Shown here one piece after another: positions 39,101 to 51,394 of a stretch of DNA of 64,000 nucleotides. The notes beneath the pieces are model-generated. The model was not told where the DNA came from. It did not search any database and saw only the letters and a list, made by a program, of their open reading frames with translations. The translations under genes and the position numbers were made by a program. Each line of letters opens with the position of its first letter. The first letter of the stretch is position 1. Source of the stretch: Vitrella brassicaformis CCMP3155 (taxonomy: Eukaryota > Protista > Chromerida); assembly GCA_001179505.1 (NCBI GenBank), contig CDMY01000117.1:124682-188681 (forward strand), in the 5' to 3' direction.

Positions 39101-41514
39101 AAGAGGCCAAGCGGCGCCGGGAGGCGCTCGACAAGAGGGCAGAGGCCGCTGCCAAGGAGGAGGCGGAAATCCTCAAGACGCCGCCACTCGTCATCGACCT
39201 CAGGGGTGAGGGGGAGAGTGAGCGAGAGAGGGAGGGAGGGAGTCTGCTGCGTACATGTTATGCATGTGTTTGCGCGTCGTGACTGTGTTGGTTGGTTGGT
39301 TGGTGCAGAGAACGATCTGGTCTGCCAGGGGGGGCCACACTGCCGGTGGCCCACGCATATCTTTGAGGCCATCGAGACGCTTCGGAACCTCGGCTACACT
39401 CAGCCATGGATCAGAACCGGTGCGTGAGTGAGTCACTTCAGTCAGTGAGTCAGTCAGGGAGGGAGGGACAATCACATCCACACCCACCCACCCCAACACA
39501 CCCAAGACCCAATGCCTCTCTCTGTGTCTATGTTCGTCCACCAGAGTTGCTGCAGCCGAGTGACCTGTACCAAGACTCGATTGACGTCTACGACCAGCTG
39601 GAGGAGTACGCCCTCAACGTCCCCCGCTACCTCATCGACATACTCATCTCAACGTACGACCCCATGCACCCCCACACATGGCTCCAGCAGGTCCAGCATT
39701 ACGCGAACGACCTCGGCGAGCTCTACCACGACGCCTACATGCACGACTGGACTGCCAACTCTGACAGCCAGTGGGGGCAGGATGACGGCGCCACTTCGCC
39801 CATGGACTACGGCCGGTATCGCCTCTGCCTCGACGGCCTCAAGCGGCTGGGCACCGAGAGCACGCTCCACTCCATCCGGGCGGCCATCACGCAGAGCAAG
39901 ATCGACGAGTGCGAGAGCCTGCTGGAGGTGTATCGGCTGAGCGAGGACAACAACCTCGGGGCCCTTATGCTGCCCGGCCCTGGGGCGGTGGTGGGGGGCG
40001 CATCCGTCCTCGACAACGACCAGAACGAGGGCAGCTACGCCTACCCCATCGGACGCGCGCCAATCGCCGGATGGGACCAAGACATCGGATACGGCCGTGG
40101 GGGCCGGCAGGCTGACGACCAGGAGGATGACGACGAATCAACCTCCGACAACAACGTCCCAGTCGCCCAACCTGCGGGCCGCTCCGGGGTGCTGGGCCGT
40201 GGCGGCCGGGGTCGGAACCGCGGTCAGCCCAACAACGTGTCGGGGTCGATCGTGGAGCTGCAGGACGCCCTGATACATGAGGTCGGCAGAGACAGGGGCG
40301 GGAGCGTCGAGGACGTCATCCAGATTCCTGACACAGGCGCCGACAACCACAGGGGGCAGAACCCCCGCAGGCTGCTGCCGCCACATGGAGGGAGTAGCGA
40401 GTATCGGGGCGAGTATCGGGTCATGCACGCGTCGGCGGCGGCCTACCGATACGCCCAGCCGTCCTCTACCAACGCCCGCGGCCGCACCAAGCAGACCAGC
40501 CCCAGCCAGGTGGACCCACAGCACCAGCACCAGCACCGGCAGCAGGACCGTCGCGCCGCCCAGCTGGAGGGGGCCGACGATGCCGACGACGAGGATGAGT
40601 GGGGTGAGGAGTTCGAGGACGGTGACGCCGAGGCCACCCTGCATGACGACAGGATGGCCGGGGCCGAGTACTCATCGGGGTCAGGCGGCTCGATGGGAGG
40701 CCAGGCCGACGAGGATGGCGGCAATGGATATGAGGACCTCGAGCAGCATGCCCAGGATGCCGACGAGGAGGGCGAGGGCGACGGCGAGTCGGTGGACAGC
40801 GGCGACCAGCCGAGGGTGGGGGTCGGCCAACGTCGTCGTTGGCGGCCGAGTGTCGGTGGCCTGAGCGCCTTCGAAGGCGCGCGACTTGATCGCCGGCGGG
40901 TTTCTGATATGAGCGGCTACGAGGGCATGCGGCTCGAGTCGTTAGAGCGGCGTGACCACCCGAGGGGCGAGTCTGAGGGCAACCCTATCATGTGTGAGGA
41001 GTCGGAGGGGGAGGGCTATGACGAGGAGGAGGAGGACGAACAAGACGACTATGATGAGGAGGAGGGCGATGCCGAGGAGGGGGAGGAGGGTGCAGATGCA
41101 GATGCTCATGCCCACCACCACAACACTCGTGGTGGTGCGGGTGGTGCGGGTGGCGCTGCTGACGGCCGGCAGCGAGCGATGGACCTGGACGCCGACCACT
41201 CTCGCGATGGTGTCGTCGGCGAGGCCTACGACGAGGACCTGATGGAGCCTGATCAGCATCAGGAGGAGCAAGACGGGCAGGAGGAGGGCATGGAGGAGGA
41301 GGAAGAAGACGACAACTACGAGGCCGAGGCAATGGACGACCAACACGAGCACGACCCAGCAGCACCACAAGAGGAACAACAGAACAACGGCGAGCCCCTC
41401 CCCCTCCACGACAGTGGCGCCGTCGCTCCCGATGGTGAAACCGTTGGATATGCCGACGACCCGGCGGCATACACCAGCCAGGCGGCCGGCCTTCCACCAC
41501 CCTACAAACCCTGA
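31105..41514 (+). CDS. USP7: USP7-type ubiquitin carboxyl-terminal hydrolase: MATH domain, C19 peptidase, LRR region, acidic low-complexity tail
   Basis: Cys box GLQNHGATCYLN, QNDTQELNRLL, LPPVLQLHLKRF, His box LHAVLVHQGEIFGGHYYAFIRP and WLKFND. MATH-like exons (VWFYLQP, NHVSFSVGLLNLKDP) lie at 32296-33250. Splice phases stay consistent into the LRR-like exons (37217-38960) and the last exon ending at 41514. Two N-gaps fall inside the gene. Confidence 0.85.
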
Positions 41515-43816
41515 CCAACCGAGCGCACACACACTCGTCGGGTGGGTGGGGAGTGTACCAGGTGTGGGCTGGGCGAGGGGAGGGGGCAGGTGGGGTGGGG
41601 AGGGTGTCTCGTTGCTGCTGGGCTGCACATACTGCTGATGGACAGCACAGCGGGGGTCCTGTGCGTCGTTTTGAAGGCAGCAGCAGCAGCAGCTCCAGAC
41701 AGACAGACAGACAGTGCTGTTGCTTGGGGCGTGTCCATCTTTTTCCCGCCATGCCACTATCTGTCGTTGGTGCATCATTCTGAGGCATGCAATGATGTGG
41801 TGTGTGCATTCCCGTTCCCGGCCGATGGACAAGCTCCCTCCCTCTCCCTCTCCCTCTCTTTGTCCCTCCCTCCCCCCCCCTCTCACTGCCTAGATGCATC
41901 CGTGAATATTTGTGAAGGCACTCACTCACTCACTCAGTGCAGGGCGGCGTGGGTTACTTGCGAGGGTGTGGTGTGGTGTGGTGGGCTGTGGTGTGGTGTG
42001 TTCAGTGGCCTCAGTGCAGTGGTCAGTGGTGGTGGGTGTAGCATAGATTGGCTGACTGGCGATCTGCTTTGAAATGCCCAGCAGACCGCACGGCACACAC
42101 AGACAGAAAGAAAGAACGAGAGAGGGATAGACTTAGTTGGTATCGCTGCCTGCCTGCCTGCCTGTCAGCCCGTCAGCCACGTAGACAAACAAAGGACAGA
42201 GAGGAGAGGGTTTTCGGTCTCGCGACACACGCACACGGCCTTCCTCACACCCTGCTGATCGCACTCACTGCATCCTGGTTTAAGCGGGCTCCCCCCCCCC
42301 CCCCNNNNNNNNNNNNNNNNNNNNNNNNNNNNNNNNNNNNNNNNNNNNNNNNNNNNNNNNNNNNNNNNNNNNNNNNNNNNNNNNNNNNNNNNNNNNNNNN
42401 NNNNNNNNNNNNNNNNNNNNNNNNNNNNNNNNNNNNNNNNNNNNNNNNNNNNNNNNNNNNNNNNNNNNNNNNNNNNNNNNNNNNNNNNNNNNNNNNNNNN
42501 NNNNNNNNNNNNNNNNNNNNNNNNNNNNNNNNNNNNNNNNNNNNNNNNNNNNNNNNNNNNNNNNNNNNNNNNNNNNNNNNNNNNNNNNNNNNNNNNNNNN
42601 NNNNCCCCCTCTCTCTCTCTCTCTCCCTGCCTCCTTCCCTCCCTGTCTGTCTGCCTGCCTGCCTAGCTGCCTCTCCCTCCGGGCGTGGCGTGTTGTGTGG
42701 GTTTTGCCACGTGCATCGCCTTCTCCTATCTGTCTTGGCGGTGCGGTGCCGTTTGTACATATCCTCTCCTCTCTCTCTCCCTCCCTCTCTGTCTTTGTTT
42801 CTTTCTCAGCCCGATGTTAGTTAGCGTGTTGATCCGTTGACTGTCGGTGCGGTGCAGACCAGCAGGCAGGCAGACAGACGGGCACACAGACGGATGGATG
42901 GATGGATGGATGGATGGAAGGGCCATTGATAGTTGCAGCATTTTTTGGCTGACTGACTGGAGAGGAGGAGATGCCATGAGGTAGGTGGGCTGGCTGATGA
43001 CTGATGGACGGATGGAGGCAGGTTTGCAGGTTGGGGGGGGCTGGGTCCGGGGGGTGTGGTGTGGTGTGGTTGGGTTAGTATTTATGCTGATCTGCTGCCT
43101 GCCTGCCTGCCTGCCTGCCTGCCAATTCAGTGACTCACTCAATGACATGCCCTCATGCTTATGCATGAGAGCAGATCTCTCTCTGTCTCTCTCTCTTGTG
43201 TGTGTGTCTTGACCTTCTGTTTGCACTACTGTGTGTGCCTGCTGTGCATGGCGGTGGTGTTGCGTGCAGACTTGACTTGCCTGACATTGACCTGACTTGA
43301 CTTGGCTTGCTGCATCAATGTCTCCTCTCTCTCTCTCCCCTTTAGCAGCAGCTCATACACACCGCCTTCCGTCCGTCTGTCCACCCATCCGCCCTCCTTG
43401 TCCAAAGTCACTCGCCTCCATAAATGGCTCTCACATGACAACCACCNNNNNNNNNNNNNNNNNNNNNNNNNNNNNNNNNNNNNNNNNNNNNNNNNNNNNN
43501 NNNNNNNNNNNNNNNNNNNNNNNNNNNNNNNNNNNNNNNNNNNNNNNNNNNNNNNNNNNNNNNNNNNNNNNNNNNNNNNNNNNNNNNNNNNNNNNNNNNN
43601 NNNNNNNNNNNNNNNNNNNNNNNNNNNNNNNNNNNNNNNNNNNNNNNNNNNNNNNNNNNNNNNNNNNNNNNNNNNNNNNNNNNNNNNNNNNNNNNNNNNN
43701 NNNNNNNNNNNNNNNNNNNNNNNNNNNNNNNNNNNNNNNNNNNNNNCCACTGAAAGGCTCTTCTCTTGCACACCCCCACAGAACCGCCCACACATAATGC
43801 CCATCTGCTTATCTAT

Positions 43817-45166
43817 CTATAGCCGCGATAGCGGCCCCTGGCTCCCCCCCTGATCGAGCCGCTGAGCAATGGCGTTAGCGAACCCGAGGCCGCCACTCTC
43901 CAAAGCACGCAGCTCATTTACCCACGTCTGACGCTTTAACCACCTGGTGCACACACACACACACACACAGACACCGCCTCACCAGGCATGGCATGCTGTG
44001 GTCTCAGCATCCACCCACACGTACCCGTATACGGATCTGTTCTCGCCTTTCGGCGCCACGGTCTTGGCAAACTCAACAGCGGCAGACTCCAGCCGATCTG
44101 TCACTCACGCACCACCCATGCAGCCATACGGCAGCAGGAGACGATGGGAGTGTGCGTATGTTTCTCAGCCCGTGTGTGTGTGTGTTGTTGGTCGGCCATC
44201 CCATCCCATCCACCTCACCTGGTGGTGCTGTTGCGTGTATCATTTGCAGCTTGAGGGCGTCGGCTGCCGTGAATCTCTTGGCTCTGAGGATCATGTCGGC
44301 CCAGAGGGAGCGGTCCACCTTGGCCGTCACTACAGCCGCCATCCCAGGCGTCAACGGCAGACCTGCACACATCACATCCAACACACACACACACACATAC
44401 ACATCGATCGATAGATAGGCACGCAGACACAGAAGCAAAGCTATGGATCCATCCCACCCACCGACTCGACTCACGTCACGTACCGAGGTCGACTTCATTG
44501 ACGCATATCCAGCCTTTGGCGCTGTTCATGACCCGCCAGTCGCAGCAGAAGGCCAACATGGCACCGCCCGCAAACTGCACCAACCAACCACCGACACAAC
44601 CACATAGACAGACAGACAGATACACACACACCGACCGACACGGAGAGAGAGCGAGGGTGTGCTGTGTGTGTAGCTCACGGCGTGTCCGTTGATGGCGGCG
44701 ACCGTGGGTACTGGGAAGGACATCAGGCGGGCCATCACTGACACACACACACACACACGCACAGACAGACAGACAGACAGATAGACAGAGAGATCACTCC
44801 CACACTCACGTGGATCAGCTCACGTTTGTGGAAAGTGGTGAGGAGTCTGCCCGGCTCGCTGCTGAGTGCCTCGAACTTGAGGCCGTTCGAGAAGAACTTG
44901 CTGCCGCTCTTGCCCGTCAACACCACTGCTGCCGCACCCTCTGAAGCCTCTGCAACACACACAAAAAATGGCTGCCTCTGGATCTTTGCCGCAGCCCTCC
45001 CTGGTGGTGTGCAGTGCGGCGCTTCGTCACAGCCCACTCACTCACCTATTTGGTCCATGACTGCGTGCATGGCATCGATGAATTGGAAATCCACCCTGTT
45101 GTCTGTGGTGGCCATCCGCACCACAAACACCTCTTCGCACGGACGCTCCACATCTATCAACGACAT
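43817..45166 (-). CDS. ECI: Crotonase-fold enoyl-CoA isomerase/hydratase with a PTS1 peroxisomal signal
   Basis: MSLIDVERPCEEVFVVRM..., VVLTGKSGSKFFSNGL, FPVPTVAAINGHA|FAGGAMLAFCCDWRVM, ICVNEVDLG. The last exon ends ...QGPLSRL* (TAG 43817-43819). Confidence 0.9.
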
Positions 45167-45231
45167 CCTCACTCTGCAAACCAGCTGCAGAGAGATCGCG
45201 GGATGTGCGAGCTGAGAAGAACGAAGAGGAG

Positions 45232-46358
45232 ATGGAGGGTGTGCAGCCTGTGAACGGCAGCGGCCCTGCGTGTCCGCTGCGGGTGAAGCTGCTCACACTG
45301 ATGTTCGTCTGCGACAGAGATCACGAACAGGTAGGATGGGAGATCTCGCCAGGTAGCGGGTGACAGACAGACACACACACAACGCCCAATGGATGGATGG
45401 ATGCATCCACGCATTCACTCACAAAGAGCCGTGTGCCACGCGGCTGTCTGGTCCGTGGTGCGAGTGCAGGTGCTGCTTGGCATGAAGAAGAGGGGCTTCG
45501 GCAAAGGTCAGCGCACCCATGGATGGATCACATGAGGGGTGCACTCACTCATCAATCATTCCTGTGTCTGCCTGCCCTGCCCTGCCCTGCCGTGCAGGCA
45601 AGTGGAACGGGTTTGGAGGAAAGGTTGAGCCGGGCGAGTCGGTGGCACAGGCAGCCGTGCGGGAGCTGCAGGTGGGTGGCTGGGTGTGGGCATCACACGG
45701 ATGAGTGGATGCAGTCACATGGATATGTGTGTGTGTGGCTGCCGTGCGCAGGAGGAGTCGGGTGCGCTTGTGGAGATGGCTGACGTGCAGACGGCGGGGC
45801 TGCTCGACTTCACATTCGACGAGTCCAACGAGATCATGCGCGTGGTGAGTGTTGAGTGGTGCGTTGGTCGGTGGTGGTTGGTTGGATGGATTTGTGTGCA
45901 TTCCTTCATTCCTTGTGACTGCAGTTTGTGTTCCGTGCTGACAACTATACCGGCGAGATCGCAGAGTGAGCTACAGGGAGAACCGAACCGTCGGATACAC
46001 GGAAACACACCAGCACACACGCGTGTGTGCGTGTCTGTTTCGATCACTCAGGACGGACGAAATGCGTCCGCAGTGGTGGTCGCTGAGTGAGTGCCCATTC
46101 GACAACATGTGGCCAGACGACAGGTACATCCACCCACCCACCCACACCCACCCACATCCACACCCACAGGGCTGTGTGTCTGGCAGGTATTGGTTCCCAT
46201 ACATGTGGGGCCGGCGGCCCTTCGTGGGCAGTTTCCACTTCAAGGCCGACGAGAAGACCATCGTCACGCACACCATCGAGGCCACGACCGTGGAGCACAT
46301 CGACACGAGAGCTCGCGAGGAGGCGGACAGAAAGAGGGCCGCGACGGCCAATAGCTGA
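45232..46358 (+). CDS. NUDT1: Nudix hydrolase of the 8-oxo-dGTP/2-OH-dATP diphosphatase type (MTH1)
   Basis: KLLTLMFVCD..Q|VLLGMKKRGFG|KGKWNGFGGKVEPGESVAQAAVRELQ|EESG (Nudix box), ETDEMRPQWW and PFDNMWPDDRYWFP. Confidence 0.92.
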
Positions 46359-46533
46359 GCAGACGCCCTCCTCCAACACACACAGACAGATACATGAACG
46401 CATTTCTGTGTATACGATGGAGGGAAGAGGGCGGTTTGGATAGCTGTATAGACGGCGGATTCTGAGTGAGAGAGAGAGAGAGAGACATCAAAGCCTCTAT
46501 TGCATTTCGGTGGATGATGGACAGGCTCGTGTA

Positions 46534-47724
46534 TCATGACGACGATGTAAGCACGTTGTGCAGCAAGTACACAGAGAGAACTCCTAGCAGCGTCCTGACT
46601 ATATCTGACAAGGAGAGGAGAGCTCTATGTGCGGCTGATCTGATGAGCAGGGTGTCCAACGTCAGCATCCGCCACTTGAATGAACGCCCGGTGTCACCTA
46701 TACACACACAGCACGTCGACACATGATCATCTGCACGCACCTGCCTGTCTGCCTGCCCACCGAGTGTGTAGCAGTGGCTGAGTGCGATTCTGTATTGCTT
46801 AGCGAAGCCCTCACACCGAGTCTGATCCAAATACTCGGTGATCGTCGCATTTGGGGAATTAGAGTCCTATCACACACACACATGCACAGACAGCACACAC
46901 AGACACAGACGCAGACACAGACACAGACACAGACACAGACACAGACACACAGAGACAGACAGACAGACACGATACATCCATGTCTCTGGCTGCCTTCTCA
47001 CACTCTCACCGATCCCAGTGAATATCTCTCTGCGCCACTGGCGAATCGGAGACACTCGCCGTCGGCCGGGTAGACATATTCTATAAAGGGGATTCCACTA
47101 CAGTCCACAGACTCAAAAAATGATTGCTGCAACCGGCGTACATTGGAACACCTGCACACAGACACAGACAGACAGACAGAACCATTCCTCTCTGTTCCAC
47201 CCACCCATCCGCCCACGCCCATCCCGACTAACTCACTGTGTGTTGCAGGTGGGTGATCTGTCGAGCAGCGAGTACACGGCATAGATGTTTTCAGAGGGGA
47301 GCAGCACCGAGCACGTCCCCACGACGGGCTTGATGACGGCCGTCGTCGTCACGCAGTGGTCCGAGTACAGCCGCACCTCCACCTGCGCCGTCACGCCATA
47401 GGAGGGGGGCACTGACACGACCACAGAGTAGGCCGACGAGGTATTAGACGCCCCTGGGCCAGCAGCAGCAGCAGGAGCAGACGGTGACGCCGTCGCATTA
47501 CTGCCAGCGAGTGTTGAGACGGCAGGTGGGCCGTCCGCTATCGTGTTGGCATAGCACGTGGTGGGGATCATCCTGACAGAGGACGGAGACGCCAGGGGCT
47601 CCTGGCAACGGTTCTCTGCGAAGAGAGCGGCCTGGATGTCGTAGAGCTGCGGCGCGGCGCTCTTTAGCAGTGCAAAACTGCAGAACAAGGATAGAGCACG
47701 GCCCCGACTGATGATAAGGCGCAT
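46534..47724 (-). CDS. Putative secreted, GPI-anchored Cys-repeat surface protein
   Basis: Four exons in frame. N-terminal signal MRLIISRGRALSLFCSFALLKSA, four two-Cys modules, and a hydrophobic C-tail after SAA (RALLSLSDIVRTLLGVLSVYLLHNVLTSSS*). Confidence 0.6.
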
Positions 47725-47821
47725 CTGAGAGGAGATTGGCTGCGGAAACCGGGGGAAAAGAGTCGAGCGATTCAGGCTTGCGAGCTTGGCGCGCGAAACG
47801 GAAGAAGGAATCTCTCGAATA

Positions 47822-48502
47822 ATGTGGCGCAAGACAACATCTGACCGCGATGTTGAGGACACGTGGTACTTCAAGATGCCCAAAGTTGAGCTCCACTGCC
47901 ACCTGGAAGGTTCGTTCCCATTCTCACTGGTACGCATCTGCAAATGTCGCCTCGCCATGACAACGAGCATCTCTCTGTTTAATTGTGCGTGCGTGTGTGT
48001 GTGATGCAGGTGGTGGATGAGTACAGGCGGCAAGGCATCCCTCTGCCGTCTGATGATGAGGCCGCGTTGCGTGAGTACTTCTTGATTGAGAGGCCTTCGA
48101 GCATCTCGACGGCTTCCTGGACAAGTTCGCCCATCTGCAGAAGATCTTCGGCGACCTGGATGCCCTCGAGAGGCTGACGACAGTGGCGGTGGAGGGCAAA
48201 CACAACGAGGGCGTCAAGCTGCTGGAGCTTCGGTTCGCCCCCACGTTCATCGCACATGGTATGGTGAGGGGCAGCCGATGAAATGGATGGACCGAACCAA
48301 CCCACCAGTTGTGGATGTGTGGCATTTATTTGCTGCTCTCCGCTGTCCGTACGTCCACACAGGCTGGGGCCAGTCCTTTTCGTCCATTCTGTCGGCCATT
48401 CAGCGGGGCGTCAAGCGGGCCTGCGAGAGGTGTGAAAATGGCATCCACGTCGGCCTCATCTGCATCGCTGTGGGCGCGTCGGGCCACCAGGAGTTCGACC
48501 GC
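47822..48502 (+). CDS. ADA: Adenosine deaminase, 5' part only (interrupted by a frameshift and cut by the gap)
   Basis: KMPKVELHCHLEGS (metal-binding HxH), LDGFLDKFAHLQKIF, EGVKLLELRFAP and HVGLICI. The frame breaks at about 48095 and the 3' half is not present before or after the gap at 48503-48802. Confidence 0.8.
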
Positions 48503-49431
48503 NNNNNNNNNNNNNNNNNNNNNNNNNNNNNNNNNNNNNNNNNNNNNNNNNNNNNNNNNNNNNNNNNNNNNNNNNNNNNNNNNNNNNNNNNNNNNNNNNN
48601 NNNNNNNNNNNNNNNNNNNNNNNNNNNNNNNNNNNNNNNNNNNNNNNNNNNNNNNNNNNNNNNNNNNNNNNNNNNNNNNNNNNNNNNNNNNNNNNNNNNN
48701 NNNNNNNNNNNNNNNNNNNNNNNNNNNNNNNNNNNNNNNNNNNNNNNNNNNNNNNNNNNNNNNNNNNNNNNNNNNNNNNNNNNNNNNNNNNNNNNNNNNN
48801 NNGTGTGTGGTGTGTCTTCTCTGTGTGTGGGTGCATCTCATAGGCCCCCCCCCACACACACACATCCCCCCCCTCCGCACGCACGCACACACACACACAC
48901 ACACTCTGTCTGTGTGTGTTAGTCATGCGAAGGCGCCCGAAGGGCCGAGCCTGAGCCTGTCTGTGTGTGTTGTCTGTGTGTGTGCGCATCACACGCGACA
49001 CCCCACAGACAGCCACTCACCCCTGCACTCATCGGTTGTCTCTCCCTCTCTCTCTGTGTCCATGGCTTTTTTGCCAACTTGGCGATGCCGTGTAGACATG
49101 AGTATTGACTGTAGAGCTTTACCGTAACCGATTCTGTCTGCCAACGCCCATCGGTTTGCCATTCGTCCTTTCCACCAAATTGCACCTCTCACCACTTCAC
49201 CGCAATCACCCCATCGATACCCCCCCTGCAGCATACCCACTTCTCACACACGCAAGGCCATCCGCTCAAACTCACCACACACACAGCCCATCACACCAGC
49301 AACCATTCCCCGGCCTCCCAGCACCCCTGCAATGGGAAAAAGCCTCCAAAGCGAAAGCATTAGGGTTGGGGTTTGTCAGGGTTCCAAACCCTGCGAGCTT
49401 AGACGTGCTGCGAGGAAAGATTTCGGCAACA

Positions 49432-50732
49432 ATGGCGGCTTCTGCGGACACGAACAAGCCACTGTCGCTTCCTGTGCTTCAGGTGATGTGAATCAATGAC
49501 TCACGAGAACAGATCATCACCCTTGTGCTTCGCGTGTGTTCGTCTGTTGCAGGACCTGATCAAGAGAGATCCTGAAGCATACAGAGAAGAGTCAGTACAG
49601 ACACCGACATTAACACACGCAGAGAGAGAGATGCACATAAGAGAAATGTGTGTTTCGTGTGTTTGTGTGTGTAGGTATGAGTCGCAGGAGGCCCACTTCT
49701 CGTCGAGTCTGTCCATTTTGCGGCTGAAGCCCAACAAATATGACAAAGACTTCAACGAACTCACCATGCTCCTCACACACGTAACGTACACATGGCATAC
49801 AGTACACCGTCACACGTCCCCTGTGTGTCTGTGGCATATGTGTTGGTGTGTGTGTGTAGGTGACGCCCTGCTACCAGAACCAGCAAAATCAGCAGCAGCA
49901 AAACACTGCCGCTGCGACGAACAGCAGTGCCGCCGGTAAGTCGTTGCGTGTCTGCCNNNNNNNNNNNNNNNNNNNNNNNNNNNNNNNNNNNNNNNNNNNN
50001 NNNNNNNNNNNNNNNNNNNNNNNNNNNNNNNNNNNNNNNNNNNNNNNNNNNNNNNNNNNNNNNNNNNNNNNNNNNNNNNNNNNNNNNNNNNNNNNNNNNN
50101 NNNNNNNNNNNNNNNNNNNNNNNNNNNNNNNNNNNNNNNNNNNNNNNNNNNNNNNNNNNNNNNNNNNNNNNNNNNNNNNNNNNNNNNNNNNNNNNNNNNN
50201 NNNNNNNNNNNNNNNNNNNNNNNNNNNNNNNNNNNNNNNNNNNNNNNNNNNNNNNNGGTGACGTGCACTCGGTGAGGTGGTGCCGGTACACCTACACATG
50301 AATGGGCGTGTTGTGTGTGTGTGTGTGTGTGTGTGATGTGGTGGTGCAGGCCGACACTGATCGAGTAAATCCCGACGACCTGCGTGGCGTGAGCAAGAAG
50401 AAGCGGACTCGAGCAGAGAAGCTCGCGAGTGTGCTCAGGGGTCGCGTTGACAAGAAGAACAAAGGCACACACACACCACAGAGAGAGAGAGAGAGAGAAA
50501 CAGAGAGCCATCCCTCCTTATTTATCGATGCGTGTGCACCGATGCAGGCAAGAACAAGGGTGCTGGTGCTGCATCAGCTGCGGTTGTGTCGATGCCGAAT
50601 GCGGTCAAGAGCCGCAACAAGCCCATCATGATGATGCGCAACAAGCGGGCACTCATGGCCGGCCTCCGCAAACACATCAAGAACCAGCTGAGGATGAAGA
50701 CCGGCGGCAAAGCCAGGAGACGCAAGAAGTGA
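49432..50732 (+). CDS. SDA1: SDA1 pre-60S ribosome biogenesis factor (N- and C-terminal exons only; middle hidden in the gap)
   Basis: LPVLQ|DLIKRDPEAYREE|YESQEAHFSSSLSILRLKP..DFNELTMLLTH|V matches the SDA1 N-terminus. The C-terminal RAEKLASVLRGR...KSRNKPIMM...LRKHIK matches the basic C-terminus. Confidence 0.85.
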
Positions 50733-51394
50733 ATAAGCGGATGAATGGGAGTGATGTCACTAAGACGTACTCAGCATAATTATGTTGGATCGCTTGTGGG
50801 CGGGCCAGAAGTCAACAAGCAGAATGAATGAGTTGGGTGCTGCATGTTGTGCGAGTCGATTTGTGGATATGTCGATTGATGGGTGCATGGGTGTCGGTGC
50901 GACGACATCCATGGGGTCTCGTGCAAAGACGCCATGGGTCAGGTCGCCATCGGCTGCGTGCACACACGAAGAGTGCACGACACGCGCAGACAGACAGACA
51001 GACAGACGGACGGATGGATGGATGGATGGACGTGCGCAGCAGTGTGATGAGAACGAATAAAGGTTGACACGCATATCATCGCGTATGCACATGGACACCC
51101 GAATGAATTGTCCATCCATCAGGCCATCAAGTCTGAGCGAGTCGCTATGAAGCTAGCTTGCTGCCGGCAGCCATCAACCATGAGTGCCAATCCTCCTCTA
51201 CGTCCACGCATGAGCTACCTGCACATCACAGATGCTGATCCTGTTGTCTGCTGCCTTGTCATCTCACCTTCCCTGTCGCTGCCTATGTTGTGCCGTCACC
51301 TCCGTTCAGCCGCTCAGCACCTGCACACAGTCAGACACACAGAGCAGTGTTGGCCACGGCCAGCCACCCATATGCTTGCCACCTTGTCGCGCCC

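Larger units (their letters stand above)
27059..50256. other. Eight assembly gaps of exactly 300 N
   Basis: N-runs at 27059-27358, 28404-28703, 31897-32196, 38123-38422, 42305-42604, 43447-43746, 48503-48802 and 49957-50256. The uniform length indicates a placeholder size. Confidence 0.97.

Noticed and set aside
46895-46970. (CAGACA)n tandem encoding TQTQTQ or HRHRHR
   Set aside because: It lies inside an intron of the surface-protein gene and is an ordinary microsatellite.
48919-49240. Short minus-strand ORFs between the ADA gap and SDA1
   Set aside because: No recognisable motif and no convincing splice partners.
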